Assembly (NCBI GenBank): GCA_964106645.2
Contig: OZ067039.1
DNA: 64,000 nucleotides
Strand: one strand, 5' to 3'
Source: Podarcis pityusensis
Lineage: Eukaryota
Numbering within the stretch: position 1 is the first letter of the stretch; each line of letters begins with the position of its first letter. A model generated the notes under the pieces. The model was not told where the DNA came from. It searched no databases and was given only the letters and a program-made list of their open reading frames with translations. Both the position numbers and the translations under genes were made by a program. Shown one piece after another: positions 62,491 to 64,000 of this stretch.

Positions 62491-63524
62491 GCCTCATCTG
62501 CCTTCAGACCATACCATGAAAGTCACAAGTTTGGTAGGCTTACCGTAATTTTTCATTGGCCTTATATTTAAGTATCTCTTCTATTATGCTCCATTTCTTT
62601 GGTATGTCAGTGGGCCAACTGGCTGCAGTGCTTCCTACAACAAGGAAGGCAGCTTCACCATACTGTCCTACAGTCTAGAAACAGCTTGTGACAGATAGCA
62701 ACTTTTGAGACCATCTCCAAGCATCCTCCAAGGCTACTTGTAGCACAACACTCCCTAGGATCATCTTGGATCAGCAATGACCATAGGTACCATATCCCTC
62801 TATTCTGCCTCTTCTTCTCCTTTGAACGACTGCATCAAACCATTTCTACAACTCCAGGGCATCCATCACTATTCCCTCTCCCCTTCTTTTTCATGGAGAT
62901 CCCAAAGCAAGCAGGAAGGACTGAATTTATAATTCCACTCTAAATAGGTTTCACCCATATCCTACAGCTCAGTCATCATTAGGGGCCTCCACCAGGCCAG
63001 TTTTGACTCAGCTGAACCAGGTGCATTTTTAAACTCAATATCACTGCTAGGCGAGAAGCAATTTCACATTTGCATGCATGATAATCAACACATGCAAATA
63101 AGCAATAGTATAATTCTTTTCTTCTTCTTCTTAGAGCAATAACAACCTTAACTAATCATCCTTTTGCAGGAAGTTAACCTCTTGCTTGCCTGAAGAGATG
63201 CAAAGATACATAGGTATTGGCAGATTGGGTTTGCCAAAAGGGAAACTGACACCAAAAGCACATATTGAAACTCTCTCATGCTCCTTGTACTTATGTGTGA
63301 ATATCATTGCTATGATAAAAAGTGTAAATATGGGATAGAAAGTACTACAGAAGCCTTATTCATTTGAATGTAGAGCCTAACCAATGTGTCAAGCAGTGAA
63401 GTGGAAGATCTAACTTAACCACTATCCTTTCCATGGCCAGCCATAAATATCTTTAGTGGTACCTGACACAGTGAAATGCATTGTTGTAGGAAGGTAACAG
63501 ACTCTCTCTCCCCCTCTCCCTGTT

Positions 63525-63900
63525 TTTCATTTATTTGTTGCATTTATATAGCAGCCCGTCAATAAATATTCGCTGAGTGACTTACAAATCAATGTTAAAA
63601 AAACAATATATAAGAATTAAAATAAACATTACAAAACAAAAGACGGGTTAAAAAAAACTTTCATTGCAATAGGGCCAGCACGAAACAGTTCAGATTCAAA
63701 ATGCAACGAAAATCCTTGGGTGAATAAAAATGTATTTTTCACCATAAAGAAGGTACCAGGTGAGCCTCTCTGAGGAGAATATTCCATAGCTAGGGGGCTA
63801 TTGCTCCCTGACAGCCCTCCTCCATTTAACTTGGTGGGGGCACCCAGACTAGAGATCGAAAGAGCATCTTAAGGTTCAGGTAGGCATTTATGAGTGTCTT
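63525..63900 (-). mobile_element. Degraded L2 LINE 3' end
   Basis: TTTATTTG..ATTTATAT..GCCC..TGAGTGACTTACA tail and TATTCCATAGCTAGGGGGC pattern typical of antisense L2. Confidence 0.5.
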
Positions 63901-64000
63901 TGAGAAGGCCCCCTCCTGGTCTGAGGGGGCCATGGGTGAGAAACAGCTCACGGGTGGCACCATTACCTCACCACCACTTCTCCTTCCAGAAGACTTTTGC

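Noticed and set aside
1-64000. CRISPR arrays, operons, intact transposases, endogenous viral genes, canonical RE1/REST site
   Set aside because: None seen. The sequence is eukaryotic intron/intergenic DNA, all retroelement ORFs are truncated or frameshifted, and no CAGCACC..GGACAG match was found by eye.

Overview
Vertebrate genomic DNA, almost certainly a squamate and probably a lacertid lizard (it carries a Podarcis-type Sauria SINE and many Squam3-like SINEs). The only protein-coding gene I can support is ADGRL1 (latrophilin-1) on the minus strand. Two coding exons are present: the start-codon/signal-peptide exon (exon 9508-9363, CDS 9432-9363) and the first exon of the rhamnose-binding-lectin domain (216-3). 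They join in frame across a 9.1 kb GT-AG intron. The ORF track missed both. The ATG exon has its own splice acceptor, so some or all of the remaining ~54 kb is 5'-UTR intron of ADGRL1; exon 1 is not firmly located. That region is filled with CR1, L2 and RTE LINE fragments, tRNA- and 5S-derived SINEs, and hAT and Tc1/mariner-type MITEs, several nested and with readable target-site duplications. Apart from LINE remnants, the ORF track looks like noise. I did not find a convincing new multi-gene system. The best leads are: a uORF and in-frame stop in the ADGRL1 leader; a candidate upstream promoter/non-coding exon near 50.0-50.4 kb; several long fold-back structures (30.2-30.5 kb, 33.9 kb, and an inverted MITE pair at 21.4/25.0 kb); a possible very old piggyBac transposase fossil near 31.9-32.5 kb; and several enhancer-like islands. 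Repeat family names come from recall of consensus sequences, not from a database search, and repeat boundaries without TSDs are approximate.
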